This document shows, in pieces, positions 1 through 9,906 of a DNA stretch of 64,000 bases. How positions within the stretch are numbered: the stretch's first letter is position 1; the number at the start of each line of letters is the position of its first letter. The notes beneath the pieces were generated by a model. That model searched no databases. It was not told where the DNA came from and saw only the letters and a list, made by a program, of their open reading frames with translations. A program made the position numbers and the translations under genes. Origin of the DNA: an uncultured Verrucomicrobiae bacterium (GTDB lineage: Bacteria > Verrucomicrobiota > Verrucomicrobiia > Chthoniobacterales > JAFAMB01); the NCBI GenBank assembly GCA_963748055.1, contig CAVVII010000010.1:18820-82819 (forward strand), given 5' to 3'.

Positions 1-702
1 TCACGATGCCGACGCATCGCCCGGAAGCTGAACTAGCGTTCACGATGCCGACGCATCGCCCGGAAGCCGACTGGCATTCACCATGCCGACGCACCGCCCG
101 GAAGCTGAATTGGCGTTCACCATGCCGACGCATCGCCCGGAAGCCGAATTGGCGTTCACGATGCCGACGCATCGCCCGGAAGCTGACTTGGCGTTCACGA
201 TGCCGACGCATCGCCCGGAAGCTGACTGGCGTTCACGATGCCGACGCATCGCCCGGAAGCCGAACTGGCATTCACGATGCCGACGCACCGCCCGGAAGCT
301 GAACTAGCGTTCACCATGCCGACGCATCGCCCGGAAGCCGAACTGGCGTTCACGATGCCGACGCATCGCCCGGAAGCTGAACTAGCGTTCACGATGCCGA
401 CGCATCGCCCGGAAGCCGAACTTGCGATTCACATGCCGACGCACCGCCCGGAAGCTGAACTGGCGTTCACCATGCCGACGCACCGCCCGGAAGCTGAACT
501 GGCGTTCACCATGCCGACGCATCACCCGGAAGCTGAACTGGCATTCACCATGCCGACGCATCGCCCGGAAGCTGAACTGGCGTTCACCATGCCGACGCAT
601 CGCCCGGAAGCCGAATTGGCGTTCACGATGCCGACGCACCGCCCGGACGCTGAACTGGCGTTCACGATGCCGACGCATCGCCCGGAAGCTGGGTTAGCGT
701 AG
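1..702 (+). repeat. 39-bp tandem repeat, about 18 copies, encoding (FTMPTHRPEAELA)n; probably the 3' end of a CDS truncated by the window start, stop TAG at 700-702
   Basis: Unit TTCACGATGCCGACGCATCGCCCGGAAGCTGAACTGGCG repeats from 1 to about 699. Recurrent substitutions (ACG/ACC, CAT/CAC, GCT/GCC, CTG/CTA/TTG, GCG/GCA) are synonymous in this frame. Single-base indels shift the frame in a few copies. Confidence 0.85.
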
Positions 703-760
703 TTGCGAGCCCTTCAGCTCCGTTTCAACTTTAAGGAGATTTGTTTTGCACAGAGACGAA

Positions 761-1270
761 TCACATGTCGGCAGTGCTGGAGTGAGAAGCGACAACCTTC
801 CAGCCGTCGTCAAACTTTTGGAGGTTCATGGTGGTGTTCCCCACCACCTTTTGCTTGGAAGTTGGGAAAGAGATCGACCACCAAGTGAGGGCGAGGGCGA
901 GATCCGGCTTCAGCAGCTTAACTTGAATGCGTTTGGGTTCGATGAACCCCATCGAACTACGGTCCGGATAACCATTCAAGTACGAGTCGTGGAGTTGTTG
1001 CCAGCCGTTAAACTGCTCGGAATCCACGAGAACCAGGAGTTCAGGTGATTTCCAGTAGACCTCCATATGTCCCTCAATGTCGTGTGCGTTCCAGCGATCG
1101 AGCATGTTGAGCAGGACCTCGTAAACGCGTTGTGCATCGGACTTTAGAGCGCTTTGATTCGAGCCGAGGGAGTCGAATAACCAGCCCTTGTGCTCTTGTG
1201 CCATTACCACCGGCAGCCAGGAACACAGCAGGAGAATTGGCACGATTCGTCTGTAGCTTGGGCAGCGCAT
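761..1270 (-). CDS. Secreted NTF2/SnoaL-like (DUF4440/YybH-type) protein
   Basis: Signal-peptide-like N-terminus. WNAHDIEGHMEVYWKSPEL and GWKVVASHSS motifs are typical of NTF2-like folds. Confidence 0.7.
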   Translation of the reverse strand: MRCPSYRRIVPILLLCSWLPVVMAQEHKGWLFDSLGSNQSALKSDAQRVYEVLLNMLDRWNAHDIEGHMEVYWKSPELLVLVDSEQFNGWQQLHDSYLNGYPDRSSMGFIEPKRIQVKLLKPDLALALTWWSISFPTSKQKVVGNTTMNLQKFDDGWKVVASHSSTADM

Positions 1271-1648
1271 TCCTTAATGCATGCTTCATACCTTTTCTGA
1301 TAGATTTAGCCACTAATATATTTTCGAATTAATCCGGTATTTCTAATGGATCAAGTCTGGGGCGTTTGGTAAGGTGGCGCCTATCTGGCAAATCATTCCT
1401 GCTCCCCGATATTCTATGACTATTTTTGGATCTGATTTTGGCGAAAAGTGGCCCGGCTCTTTGAAGGCGCTACGTCTATCCGAAGAAGATTCGAACCCGT
1501 CCCGCACCAGTTTTACGCTGGCGGACACAGGAACGAGATTGGCACCAAAATCACACTGGTGCGGAAACTCGCCGCTGCGACTGCCCTGTGATTTTCGTGG
1601 GTTAGAGCAGAGGTGACGTTGAACGGCGGGAATGTTAAGATTTCTTGA

Positions 1649-3624
1649 ATGACCTCTTTGCAGTTCGAAAAAAGCCAAACGCTCAAGGGATTTCGTGGTG
1701 TCCCACTCCGTCCCGAAGATCGTGACGCACCGATAGCGATCTGTTTGTTCGTGCGAATAGATCCGGCCGAATTTCCCCCTTTCATCCTCTTGAGGGAAAC
1801 GGTGGACGCGTCGGTTTACCTCGGCTGCCTTGTCGACCGATCTGGCCATCCAAAAGCGTGGATCGAGATTTGGGTCCAAAATGTGGACCGGGTTGCCTTC
1901 AGCTTCAGCGCGCAACTTGGGTCTTTGACCAATGCGCTTTTAGATCGCCGATGGTCCGACCGAGTGTCCATGTTACGCACTCTGAAGCGGACCGCTATCA
2001 TCGAGACTGGGTTCGAGTTTGACCATCCGGCGCCTGCCCTGATCGATGGGAGAGAGGGGTTGTTTGTTCATCCGGTCGAACCCGAAACGCAACGCCCATT
2101 CTCGCTCTGCACCGATGAACATGCCCTCGAGTCAGCGGGGCTGCCTCCGTATGCTTCGTCCCTCCATCGATACCTATGGAATGGGCCGGGGGTTCAAAAA
2201 CCAGTCTTTCTAGCAGTCACCAGCGGGGCTCAGCTACCGGCCGGCGTTAAGCAGGTCACCGAATTTTTCAAAGAATTTCATCCCTTCAACCCCGGAGGAG
2301 GCCTGTTGCTCGTGCGGCCGTTGGCACCCCTGATGCTGACGGAATTCGCCGATATACTCGGAGGCGATTCCTGGCCGGGCTTTCAATGTGGCCGGGAGTC
2401 GGTTCGTCTGGGGGGAGCGTATGCTGAGCTCGAGGACTCCGAGGCCGTATTTCAGCGAGGCGCGCATCTTTTCAGCGGGCGGGCTGGAAAAGGGGGACGA
2501 TTGCTCGAGGTGTTTCACCTGAAGCTGAACCTGATTCTTCAGGCGCTCGAAGAAACGCGGGCTGCGATTCAATTCTTGCAAATGCCGTTGCTCGGCCTTG
2601 GAAGCGAAAGCTTTCGCGTGCAGCTCTTCGAGATAGGAACCGGATTGCCCTTGTTCTGGAGCGCGCAAGTTGACCTGGCCGAGTCGATTTCTGCATTGGC
2701 GTTATCGGTAGGGGGAGCGAAGCGCGCTATTTTATTCCGCCGGTGTTACCCGGACCTTCGATTTATCGACCGCAGACGCGTAGCCTCCTGGAGCGCGGGT
2801 CGGCCAATGTGCGCATCCGGAAGATATTACCTCCTACGCCGGAAGGGACGAGTATCGAAGCGACGGTGGCAACCGATGAGCGGTTGAATTTAGCGGCCAG
2901 CGACCTGATCCATGTGCGCTTGGCACTGTCGGTTGGACGAGTGGATCTCTTCGGACGCGTGGACGAATCGGAGGCATTGGCGAAGGGAGAAACTCGTTTT
3001 CGAACGATCCCGCAAATATTATCAGGATCGGTTCTAAGCGCCCTCAAACAGGCGGAGGGTGCCCCGATCTCGAATTCAGGCTTTGAAGTTTTGCCGCTCT
3101 TAACATCGCCCTGCGACATGTACGCCGTTGCTGTGCTCGCCATCCGAATTCTCCTGGTCGACGATGAGAACACGCTGGCGGTAGCTTTAGATGAGATGTT
3201 GAGTCTCGCACGACAAGTAGCAACCGAACACGATACGAACATTGTCCTCGGAGAGCGGCTGCGGAGGATTGTCGCGCACGATCGCCGGTGGGGCATATCG
3301 CTTGGCCCTCAGAGGTTAGTGCGAGATGCTCTCGCCCGGGAAGCGGCAGCCCGTATCCTGCCAGCCGAATTGTGGTGGGAAACGCTTGGCGTAATCATTC
3401 GGCTTTTCCCCGGGATCGGGCCCGATAGTTTCTGCCGCGACTTCGGTGACGCGCCTTCCTCGGCTCTGGACCGTATTTTTGAAGACGCGATCGCCAAAAT
3501 CAATCTCCTGCTTTTGCGATCGCGCAGTCTGGTTGTAGCCGATTGGAACCAGAATCTCGAAATTCATGACGCAATTTACGAGGTGATCGCCAAGCATCAC
3601 GGCGGGCTGGCCAAAAGGAACTAG
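1649..3624 (+). CDS. Large hypothetical protein (one gene split by a frameshift near 2720-2750), possibly a degenerate kinase-like fold
   Basis: Overlapping ORFs 1649..2887 and 2743..3624 read as one continuous protein. PCDMYAVAVLAIRILL resembles kinase subdomain IX. Confidence 0.6.
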
Positions 3625-3669
3625 CCTGCATCGCTCACAAATCCTTAGAGATTTGTGATCGATGCAGGC
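3624..3669. terminator. Long hairpin directly after the stop codon, between convergent genes
   Basis: GCCTGCATCGCTCACAAATC-loop-GATTTGTGATCGATGCAGGC, a near-perfect 20-bp inverted repeat. Confidence 0.55.
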
Positions 3670-3768
3670 TCAGGCAGCAGAATTCCCCGGCTACGCCGGA
3701 AAATTCGACTGCTTTTTAGAGAGAATAGTTATGCAACAGTTTGTCTCAATTCATTTATCTTAAAGCAG

Positions 3769-3803
3769 GCTCTTAAACAGACGCGCAGCGTCTGTTTAAG
3801 AGC
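3769..3803. repeat. Perfect 16-bp-stem palindrome
   Basis: GCTCTTAAACAGACGC-GCA-GCGTCTGTTTAAGAGC. Confidence 0.8.
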
Positions 3804-3806
3804 TTC

Positions 3807-3859
3807 CTAGCCCGCAATGAGCTCATCGCTTCGACCTTTGCGTGATTTTTGCGGGCTAG
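3807..3859. repeat. About 53-bp CTAG-bounded palindromic repeat (family C); shorter copy at 3945..3982
   Basis: CTAGCCCGCAATGAGCTC...GCGTGATTTTTGCGGGCTAG; related copies at 31285..31335 (reverse) and 38096..38149. Confidence 0.7.
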
Positions 3860-3978
3860 TGTCCGGTCCCCGAAATAGCAGGCATAGTATTTCTGGGTCT
3901 GGGACAGGACACTGGTTTGGCTTGGTCAAAACCCCCAGAGTTTGCTAGCCCGCTTTGGCGGCCGCGTGATTTTGCGGG

Positions 3979-4836
3979 CTAGGGACGAACCGCCCAGACC
4001 TCGACAACGCGGTTCTTGGAGAACTCGCGTTTGTCAAACAGATTAGAGCCCCCCATTGGAATCGGATACATGAGATTCGCAACGCCGCTCTTGTCGCGAA
4101 GGACGTCAAGGACCGTTTGGGCACGACGACGCGAGAGCTCGATATTATTCTGGTCATTTCCCTGCAGATCCGCATAGCCGAGAATCACCAGAATCAGCGT
4201 CGGGTCTTCCAACCGTTTCTGCACCTTCGGATCAGCCACCTGCGCAACCACATTCTCTACGTCCTGAGGCCGGAGGGTGGAATTTGCGGAATCGAACTTG
4301 ATGAGCACAATCCGACCCATCCCCTTCGCTTTGTCGATGATTGAATAGGCTCGTTCCTTTTGCGCCTGAGTCGCGGTGGGTTGAATTTCAATTCGCTTGA
4401 TAATCTCTCTTTTTACCTCGTCGAATTCGGCTCCGGTCAGGTCGAGATTTTCCGGGCTACCGGCCGCTTCGGGTGTCGTGGCCTGACTTGGCGTAGGGAC
4501 CGGGGTTGGCGCTGGGGTCGGCGTGGGCGTGGGCGTTGGTGCAGCGGTCGGCACCGGCGTCGGCGTCGGAGTCGGCGACAACTCGACGACCTGGGTCACC
4601 GGCTTTCGCGAACTCGATAGAGTCCATAGGATGGCGGCGATGGCCAGGATGAGGACCGTTGCGACACCGATGGAAAGAACCAGTACCGGGGATATGGTCC
4701 GCTTTGGGCCGACTGATTCAAGCGGTGAGCCACATTCAGGACACCGAAAATCCTTGGTAACGACAACAATCTTTTCGTTTCGGTATGCTAATTTACAACC
4801 TGAGTAGTTTGTACACTTGCCGATGCGTTGTGCCAT
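3979..4836 (-). CDS. Zn-ribbon / TM / Pro-Thr linker / OmpA-like peptidoglycan-binding protein
   Basis: CTNYSGC...CPECG, then a hydrophobic helix and (PT)n linker, then FDSANSTL, GYADLQG..NIELSRRRA and NRVVEV, which are OmpA_C motifs. Confidence 0.85.
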   Translation of the reverse strand: MAQRIGKCTNYSGCKLAYRNEKIVVVTKDFRCPECGSPLESVGPKRTISPVLVLSIGVATVLILAIAAILWTLSSSRKPVTQVVELSPTPTPTPVPTAAPTPTPTPTPAPTPVPTPSQATTPEAAGSPENLDLTGAEFDEVKREIIKRIEIQPTATQAQKERAYSIIDKAKGMGRIVLIKFDSANSTLRPQDVENVVAQVADPKVQKRLEDPTLILVILGYADLQGNDQNNIELSRRRAQTVLDVLRDKSGVANLMYPIPMGGSNLFDKREFSKNRVVEVWAVRP

Positions 4837-4935
4837 AACAAGACCAACGACTGATATAGCCCGAACGGTGCAGGGTCAATCGTCGAGACCAAAAAAGCTC
4901 GCGTTCAACGATGGCCCCAAGTACCGTCCGGTAGA

Positions 4936-5289
4936 ATGAAGCGGGGAGCCCAGCTCAGGATCGATGAAAAAATAGATGGCCAGGATCGAATTCTCAGTTT
5001 TCAGGGTTCCGCAGACATCCTTTCCATCCCGGTCGTGCAGGAGCTGCTTTCGCGATATAGCAAGGAAGACATACGATTGCTCTTGATCGATCTTTCGGGA
5101 ACCGATTTCATCAACAGTCCCGTATGGGCTGTGATCACGCTTTTCGCACGAAAGCGTCACAATGAAGTCCGCGTCGCGATTGTTGGGATGTCGAAGAGGA
5201 TCAAGGGCTCTTTTGAGATGATGGGGCTGCAGAACGAGCTTCAGGCGTTTGCCGACATAGAATCGGCCCGACAAGAGCTTTTGGAATGA
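4936..5289 (+). CDS. STAS-domain anti-sigma-factor antagonist (RsbV/SpoIIAA-like)
   Basis: 117 aa; LLIDLSGTDFINS and FEMMGL follow the STAS pattern. Confidence 0.8.
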   Translation: MKRGAQLRIDEKIDGQDRILSFQGSADILSIPVVQELLSRYSKEDIRLLLIDLSGTDFINSPVWAVITLFARKRHNEVRVAIVGMSKRIKGSFEMMGLQNELQAFADIESARQELLE

Positions 5290-5319
5290 AACCGGGCATT
5301 CTCTATTGCCGGGCGAAGG

Positions 5320-6066
5320 ATGATTACGACCAAGATCAGTTATTTCCGGCTCGTTGTTGAACTTCTCGAGTCGACCATTAGAACTTTGTTCCGCCCGTCC
5401 TCGGTGACATTCGAAAATGTCCTTGTTCAGATACGCTCGATCGGAGTGGGGGCGATCCCTGCGGCGAGCCTGATCGCTTTGACGGCAGGATTTGTACTGG
5501 CCCTGGTGCTGCAACTTCAACTCAGCCAGATCGGGAAGGTGGAAATTGTCCCAAGTTTGCTCTGGGTCATCCTGACCGAACAAGTGGTGCCTGTCGGCGT
5601 AGCACTGATCTTTGCCGGCCGAAGTGTTTCCGCCGTGACAGCGGAACTTGGAGCAATGCAGGTCTCCGAAGAGGTCAAAGCTCTTTTTACGATGGGAATC
5701 GATGTGGTCCCCTATCTCCTCGTGCCGCGCTTTCTGGGGTTTCAGATCATGCTGCCGATTGTGACATTAGTCGGCATCTACGCGGCCCTGACCGGAGGTT
5801 GGCTGCTCTGTGGCGTGGTCATGAAAATGAGTATTGCCGATTACATCTATTATGTATTCAACGGAGCGACTTTCTGGAGCGTCCTTATCGCGTTGACGAA
5901 GAGCGCGCTGTTCGCATTCCTGGTGGCAACCATCGCCTTTTACAAGGGCCTCAATGTTCGGAACGGTTCGCGGGAAATAAGTGAAGCGACGACACAGTCC
6001 GTGGTCGGCGCGGTAATTATAGTGACGATTGCTAATGCTGTTGTAACCTCTTTTCAACTGGCCTGA
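5320..6066 (+). CDS. mlaE: MlaE-family ABC permease
   Basis: AGRSVSAVTAELGAMQVSEEVKALFTMGIDVVPYLLVPR signature; multiple TM helices. Confidence 0.9.
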   Translation: MITTKISYFRLVVELLESTIRTLFRPSSVTFENVLVQIRSIGVGAIPAASLIALTAGFVLALVLQLQLSQIGKVEIVPSLLWVILTEQVVPVGVALIFAGRSVSAVTAELGAMQVSEEVKALFTMGIDVVPYLLVPRFLGFQIMLPIVTLVGIYAALTGGWLLCGVVMKMSIADYIYYVFNGATFWSVLIALTKSALFAFLVATIAFYKGLNVRNGSREISEATTQSVVGAVIIVTIANAVVTSFQLA

Positions 6067-6068
6067 TT

Positions 6069-6905
6069 ATGGATCATGCGGTTACCGGAGTTGAGGAAAA
6101 GAACGTGGATGCCCTGGTTTCGGAGACCGTAGCGCCGATCCTCGAAGTGGTCGATGTCACCATCACTTTCCCAAATGGAAGGACCGTCCTGAACGGGATT
6201 AGCTTCAAGGTGTATCCAGAGGAGACGTTCGTTATACTTGGGGGCAGCGGGTGTGGGAAAAGTACGCTTTTAAACATTCTGATCGGGGTCCTGGAACCAA
6301 CATCCGGAAAGGTGCTCATCTTCGGGAACGATCTTCATAAGCTGAATGGAACAAAGCTGAAGGCGATGCATGTCCGGTGCGGTATGCTTTTCCAATCCGG
6401 CGCCTTGATAGAGTCGCTTTCGCTGATCGGGAATATCCATCTGCCGCTGCGCGAACATTATCGCCGCGTAGATCCTGCCGTTCTGTTAGAAACTGCTCGC
6501 CTCAAGCTTCGAATGGTCGGCCTTGAAGATCACGGATCGAAGCGACCTTCAGGAATCAGCGGCGGCATGAAAAAACGTGTCGCGTTGGCACGAGCTTTGG
6601 CGCTGGATCCGGATTTGGTCTTTGCGGATGAACCGACGTCCGGTCTCGATCCTGTGAGCACTCAGGAAATCGACGAGATGTTTATCCGGCTGACGAGGCG
6701 AATCGGCGCTGCCGCGGTGGTCGTAACACATGATATCGCCAGCTTCTTCCGGATCGCACACCGGGCGATCATGCTGGGAGGCGAGCGAGACGGCGCTCTA
6801 CAGGGCCGCGTTATTATGCAAGGCAGGCCGGACGAGTTTCGCACCTCGGACGACCCGGTCGTAAGAAGGTTTCTCGATCCGGGAAAAAACTCGACACAGC
6901 CATGA
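6069..6905 (+). CDS. mlaF: MlaF-family ABC ATPase
   Basis: Walker A GGSGCGKS, ISGGMKKRVALARA, DEPTSGLDP, VTHD. Confidence 0.92.
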   Translation: MDHAVTGVEEKNVDALVSETVAPILEVVDVTITFPNGRTVLNGISFKVYPEETFVILGGSGCGKSTLLNILIGVLEPTSGKVLIFGNDLHKLNGTKLKAMHVRCGMLFQSGALIESLSLIGNIHLPLREHYRRVDPAVLLETARLKLRMVGLEDHGSKRPSGISGGMKKRVALARALALDPDLVFADEPTSGLDPVSTQEIDEMFIRLTRRIGAAAVVVTHDIASFFRIAHRAIMLGGERDGALQGRVIMQGRPDEFRTSDDPVVRRFLDPGKNSTQP

Positions 6906-7921
6906 GCGAAGGCGATCAAAGAAAACATCGGGTTGGATTGATCATTGGCGCAGCGATCGTTTTGCTTTTGTTTGCCGGACTTTACTTCGGCGTTGAGGAG
7001 AATCCCTTTCGGAAGCCCTTTCTGACTTTCTCAATCCGGTTCGACGATGTCGCAGGAATCCACGAACGATCAAGAGTCACGTTTCTTGGAATTCCGACCG
7101 GGTACGTGAAGCGATTGGAGTACGCTCCCGGGAGCGGAGAATCCGCGGTCAAGGTCGAGGTGGTGGTCAATCGGAAGTTAAACATTCCGGCCGGGGTCAG
7201 GGCCTACCTGGAACCCACGTTGCTTGGCGATGCGTCGATCTCGTTGAGGCTGCCTCCCGCCGCCGATGGAGATTCCGGGGCGGTCAACGAACCTGGCGGC
7301 GGTAAGAGGCTTGCCGAGGGCGCCGAAATTGTCGGCCTGCGCTCGACGAAACTTGAAGCGGTGATGCCCGGTTTCGATGAAACGATGACAAAAGTTGAGA
7401 AGTATGGCGAGTTGGCAGGCCAACGGTTGTCGAGTATCGGTGATGTGATTGATCGCGGAGTCGGCGCTCTAAACAGCCTGTTTGTAGATAAGAGCGCCAA
7501 CGGCCAGACGAAGATCGACCAGCTTATTGGAAGCTTGCAGGAAGTGATTAACGGGCCGGAAGGGCAGAAGGATCAGTCGATTAGAGGTCAGCTCGAAATA
7601 ATCGTGAGCAATTTGATGGCGAGCAGCGACAGCATCCGAAAATTGGCCGACGTGCAGGGCAAGGAGCAGGGCAGCATCGGAGAGGTTTTACGAGTGTTCG
7701 AAGAAACCGCCAGGCTGTTGAGCGAAGACGCTGAAATCGCACAAAAACTGATCGGCAAAATGGGTCATACGAGCGATGCGGTCACGCGAGCGAGCGAGCA
7801 AGTAAACAACCTTGCCCTGATAACCACACAAGCAGTTCAGGAGTTCCATAGTCGGCCCTTTCATTATCTCACCACAACCAGAGAATCGCCCGCCCGCCCC
7901 CGCCCGCGTCGCAGCCCTTAA
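6902..7921 (+). CDS. mlaD: MCE/MlaD-family protein with helical C-terminal extension
   Basis: N-terminal TM, FDDVAGIHERSRVTFLGIPTGYV and TLLGDASISL MCE motifs; overlaps the mlaF stop. Confidence 0.85.
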   Translation: MSEGDQRKHRVGLIIGAAIVLLLFAGLYFGVEENPFRKPFLTFSIRFDDVAGIHERSRVTFLGIPTGYVKRLEYAPGSGESAVKVEVVVNRKLNIPAGVRAYLEPTLLGDASISLRLPPAADGDSGAVNEPGGGKRLAEGAEIVGLRSTKLEAVMPGFDETMTKVEKYGELAGQRLSSIGDVIDRGVGALNSLFVDKSANGQTKIDQLIGSLQEVINGPEGQKDQSIRGQLEIIVSNLMASSDSIRKLADVQGKEQGSIGEVLRVFEETARLLSEDAEIAQKLIGKMGHTSDAVTRASEQVNNLALITTQAVQEFHSRPFHYLTTTRESPARPRPRRSP

Positions 7922-7975
7922 ATTCATGCCTTTACGGCTGCAAGCCGAAAAACCCAGGTTTTCTCGCGAAATAGT

Positions 7976-9658
7976 ATGGATGAGGATTTCCAGAGGAAAG
8001 AACTGGCTTATCGATGCCTCATCGATGCTGCCCGGTCTTTGAGTGGCGCTGCGGGCGTGGACGAGCTCGTGGGACAGATTTTGTCTTCTTCGCGAGATGT
8101 GATGCAGTGCCGTGCGTGTTCGGTGTCGTTGCCCGATTCTGAGAGCGGGGATTTGATCATTCGGGGTACACAACTGGAGTTAAAGGGCCATATCCTTCGA
8201 GTGCCGGCTGGAAAGGGGATTTCTGGGCGCGTTTTCAAAACGCGACAACGCGAGAACACGGCCAATGCTCAAATTGATTCCGATCATTATCTTGGAATTG
8301 GACTGGAGACGAAGACGCCGGCCCAGGCCATGCTGACGATACCCTTGCTGGACGGGGACGTTTGCCACGGTGTTATGCAGGCTTTGAATCCGACGGGTCG
8401 TGATCGTTTTGACGCGTTTGATGAAGAGGTCTTTCTCGCATTCGGTTCGCTGATTGCGACCACACTGACTCGCATGCAGACGCAGGAGGTGGCAAAACAG
8501 AAGGAAATCGAAGATGCCTACCGGCAGGCCGAGCTATCGATCGCGCGGCGGGCGCAATTCTCTTTCATGCCGGCTCCGAGTTTTGAGAGCGGGGCACTAA
8601 AGATCAGGGTGTTTCAGGAACAGGCTGCCGACGTGGGAGGGGATTTTTACGCATATTATGAACTTGCCGACGAATGCTTGCTGGTAGTGGTTGGGGACGC
8701 GAGCGGCAAGGGAATTCCCGCCGCGCTGGAGTCGGCTCGGGTGTGTACCCTGATTTCCCTGACGGCGCCATCCTGTAAGGCAGGCCGGCTGTCAGAATGG
8801 CTCGCCGACCTCAATAATGTGATTCAAGCGACCGCTGAGCGAGCTTCGAGCCTGACAACGCTGGCCGTGTTATTCGTTGATAAGAAACACAGCCGGGTGT
8901 TCGCTTCCAGTTTTGGCCAGTCTCGGCCGCGCTACTTATCAGTTACAAACACGTGGCAGGAACTGGCTTGCCCGGTTCATCCCCCCTTGGGCGTTTTCAC
9001 AGCTCAAACCTTCGCCGTGGCCTGTGTTCCGCTCGGCGTTGGTCGGCAATGGCTGTTACTGACGGACGGCTTTGTCGAAGCGTCCGACGCTGGAGGGGCG
9101 CAGTTCGGGGAAAGCGCTCTGGCCGAAGCTTTGTCCACCAGCGCATGCGAGCAGACGGATCCTTTACGAGTACTGGAAGATTGTTGGCGGAAATTCAGCA
9201 AGCGGGGAGCAGATCGAGACGATGCAACGGCGCTGCTGATCACTAATTCTTCCTCTTGGCCTCCTTCAAACTGTGCTTGTGAGATTTGCCCGGACAATAT
9301 CCCGGATCTGCGATTATTCTGCGAGCAATGGGCGGAATTTGCCGGTTTGGCCGAGGTCGATGCCTACCAGGTCGTCCTGGCATTTGATGAGATACTGACC
9401 AACGTCTACAAGCACGCTTATCAATCCAGGCCAGGCCCCGTTCGATGTGAGGCCAGGCTTGATTTGACCTCTCTCAGATTTGTCATCACGCACTGGGGCG
9501 TCGGATTGAGCTCGGATTCGAATATTCCACGATGGCCGGACGATTCAAGGCTCGGCGGATACGGGTTGCCGTTCGTCCGCCGGGTCTTCGATGAGGCGGC
9601 ACACGAAAGCCATGAAGGTCGCTCGACCGTAAGTCTGACTCTGCGTATTATTCGCTAA
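7976..9658 (+). CDS. GAF + PP2C (SpoIIE/RsbU) phosphatase + RsbW-like HATPase fusion
   Basis: GAF region (GKGISGRVF, GVMQALN); PP2C motifs GGDFY, GDASGKG, LTDG, DDAT; C-terminal DEILTNVYKHAY N-box and GGYGL. Confidence 0.88.
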   Translation: MDEDFQRKELAYRCLIDAARSLSGAAGVDELVGQILSSSRDVMQCRACSVSLPDSESGDLIIRGTQLELKGHILRVPAGKGISGRVFKTRQRENTANAQIDSDHYLGIGLETKTPAQAMLTIPLLDGDVCHGVMQALNPTGRDRFDAFDEEVFLAFGSLIATTLTRMQTQEVAKQKEIEDAYRQAELSIARRAQFSFMPAPSFESGALKIRVFQEQAADVGGDFYAYYELADECLLVVVGDASGKGIPAALESARVCTLISLTAPSCKAGRLSEWLADLNNVIQATAERASSLTTLAVLFVDKKHSRVFASSFGQSRPRYLSVTNTWQELACPVHPPLGVFTAQTFAVACVPLGVGRQWLLLTDGFVEASDAGGAQFGESALAEALSTSACEQTDPLRVLEDCWRKFSKRGADRDDATALLITNSSSWPPSNCACEICPDNIPDLRLFCEQWAEFAGLAEVDAYQVVLAFDEILTNVYKHAYQSRPGPVRCEARLDLTSLRFVITHWGVGLSSDSNIPRWPDDSRLGGYGLPFVRRVFDEAAHESHEGRSTVSLTLRIIR

Positions 9659-9662
9659 AGCC

Positions 9663-9744
9663 CGAGTAAGTAATGCGTCCCGCTTTACCTCTTCGTCCGA
9701 TTTCTATGTAACGGAGGAGTAAGGCGAGGCGCTTTACTTACTCG
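9663..9744. repeat. REP-like inverted doublet (family A)
   Basis: GTAAGTAATGCGTCCCGCTTTACCTCTTCG...CGGAGGAGTAAGGCGAGGCGCTTTACTTAC; related copies at 53303..53391 and 60974..61074. Confidence 0.75.
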
Positions 9745-9906
9745 CCGGGCATCGTGTTGCCATAGGGGTTGTCCGAACTGCATTACCGCAGCGGCTAAGC
9801 GCCGCGTCTCGACGAGCACGATTGTGGTTGCGGTTCCGGTGCGCTATTTAGTCTGCTGGCTGTGGTTTCTATTTTCGAAATCAGAATAAATGACGATTTA
9901 GTAAGA

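Noticed and set aside
1-702. CRISPR array
   Set aside because: The units are contiguous with no unique spacers, no cas genes are nearby, and the variation follows codon structure
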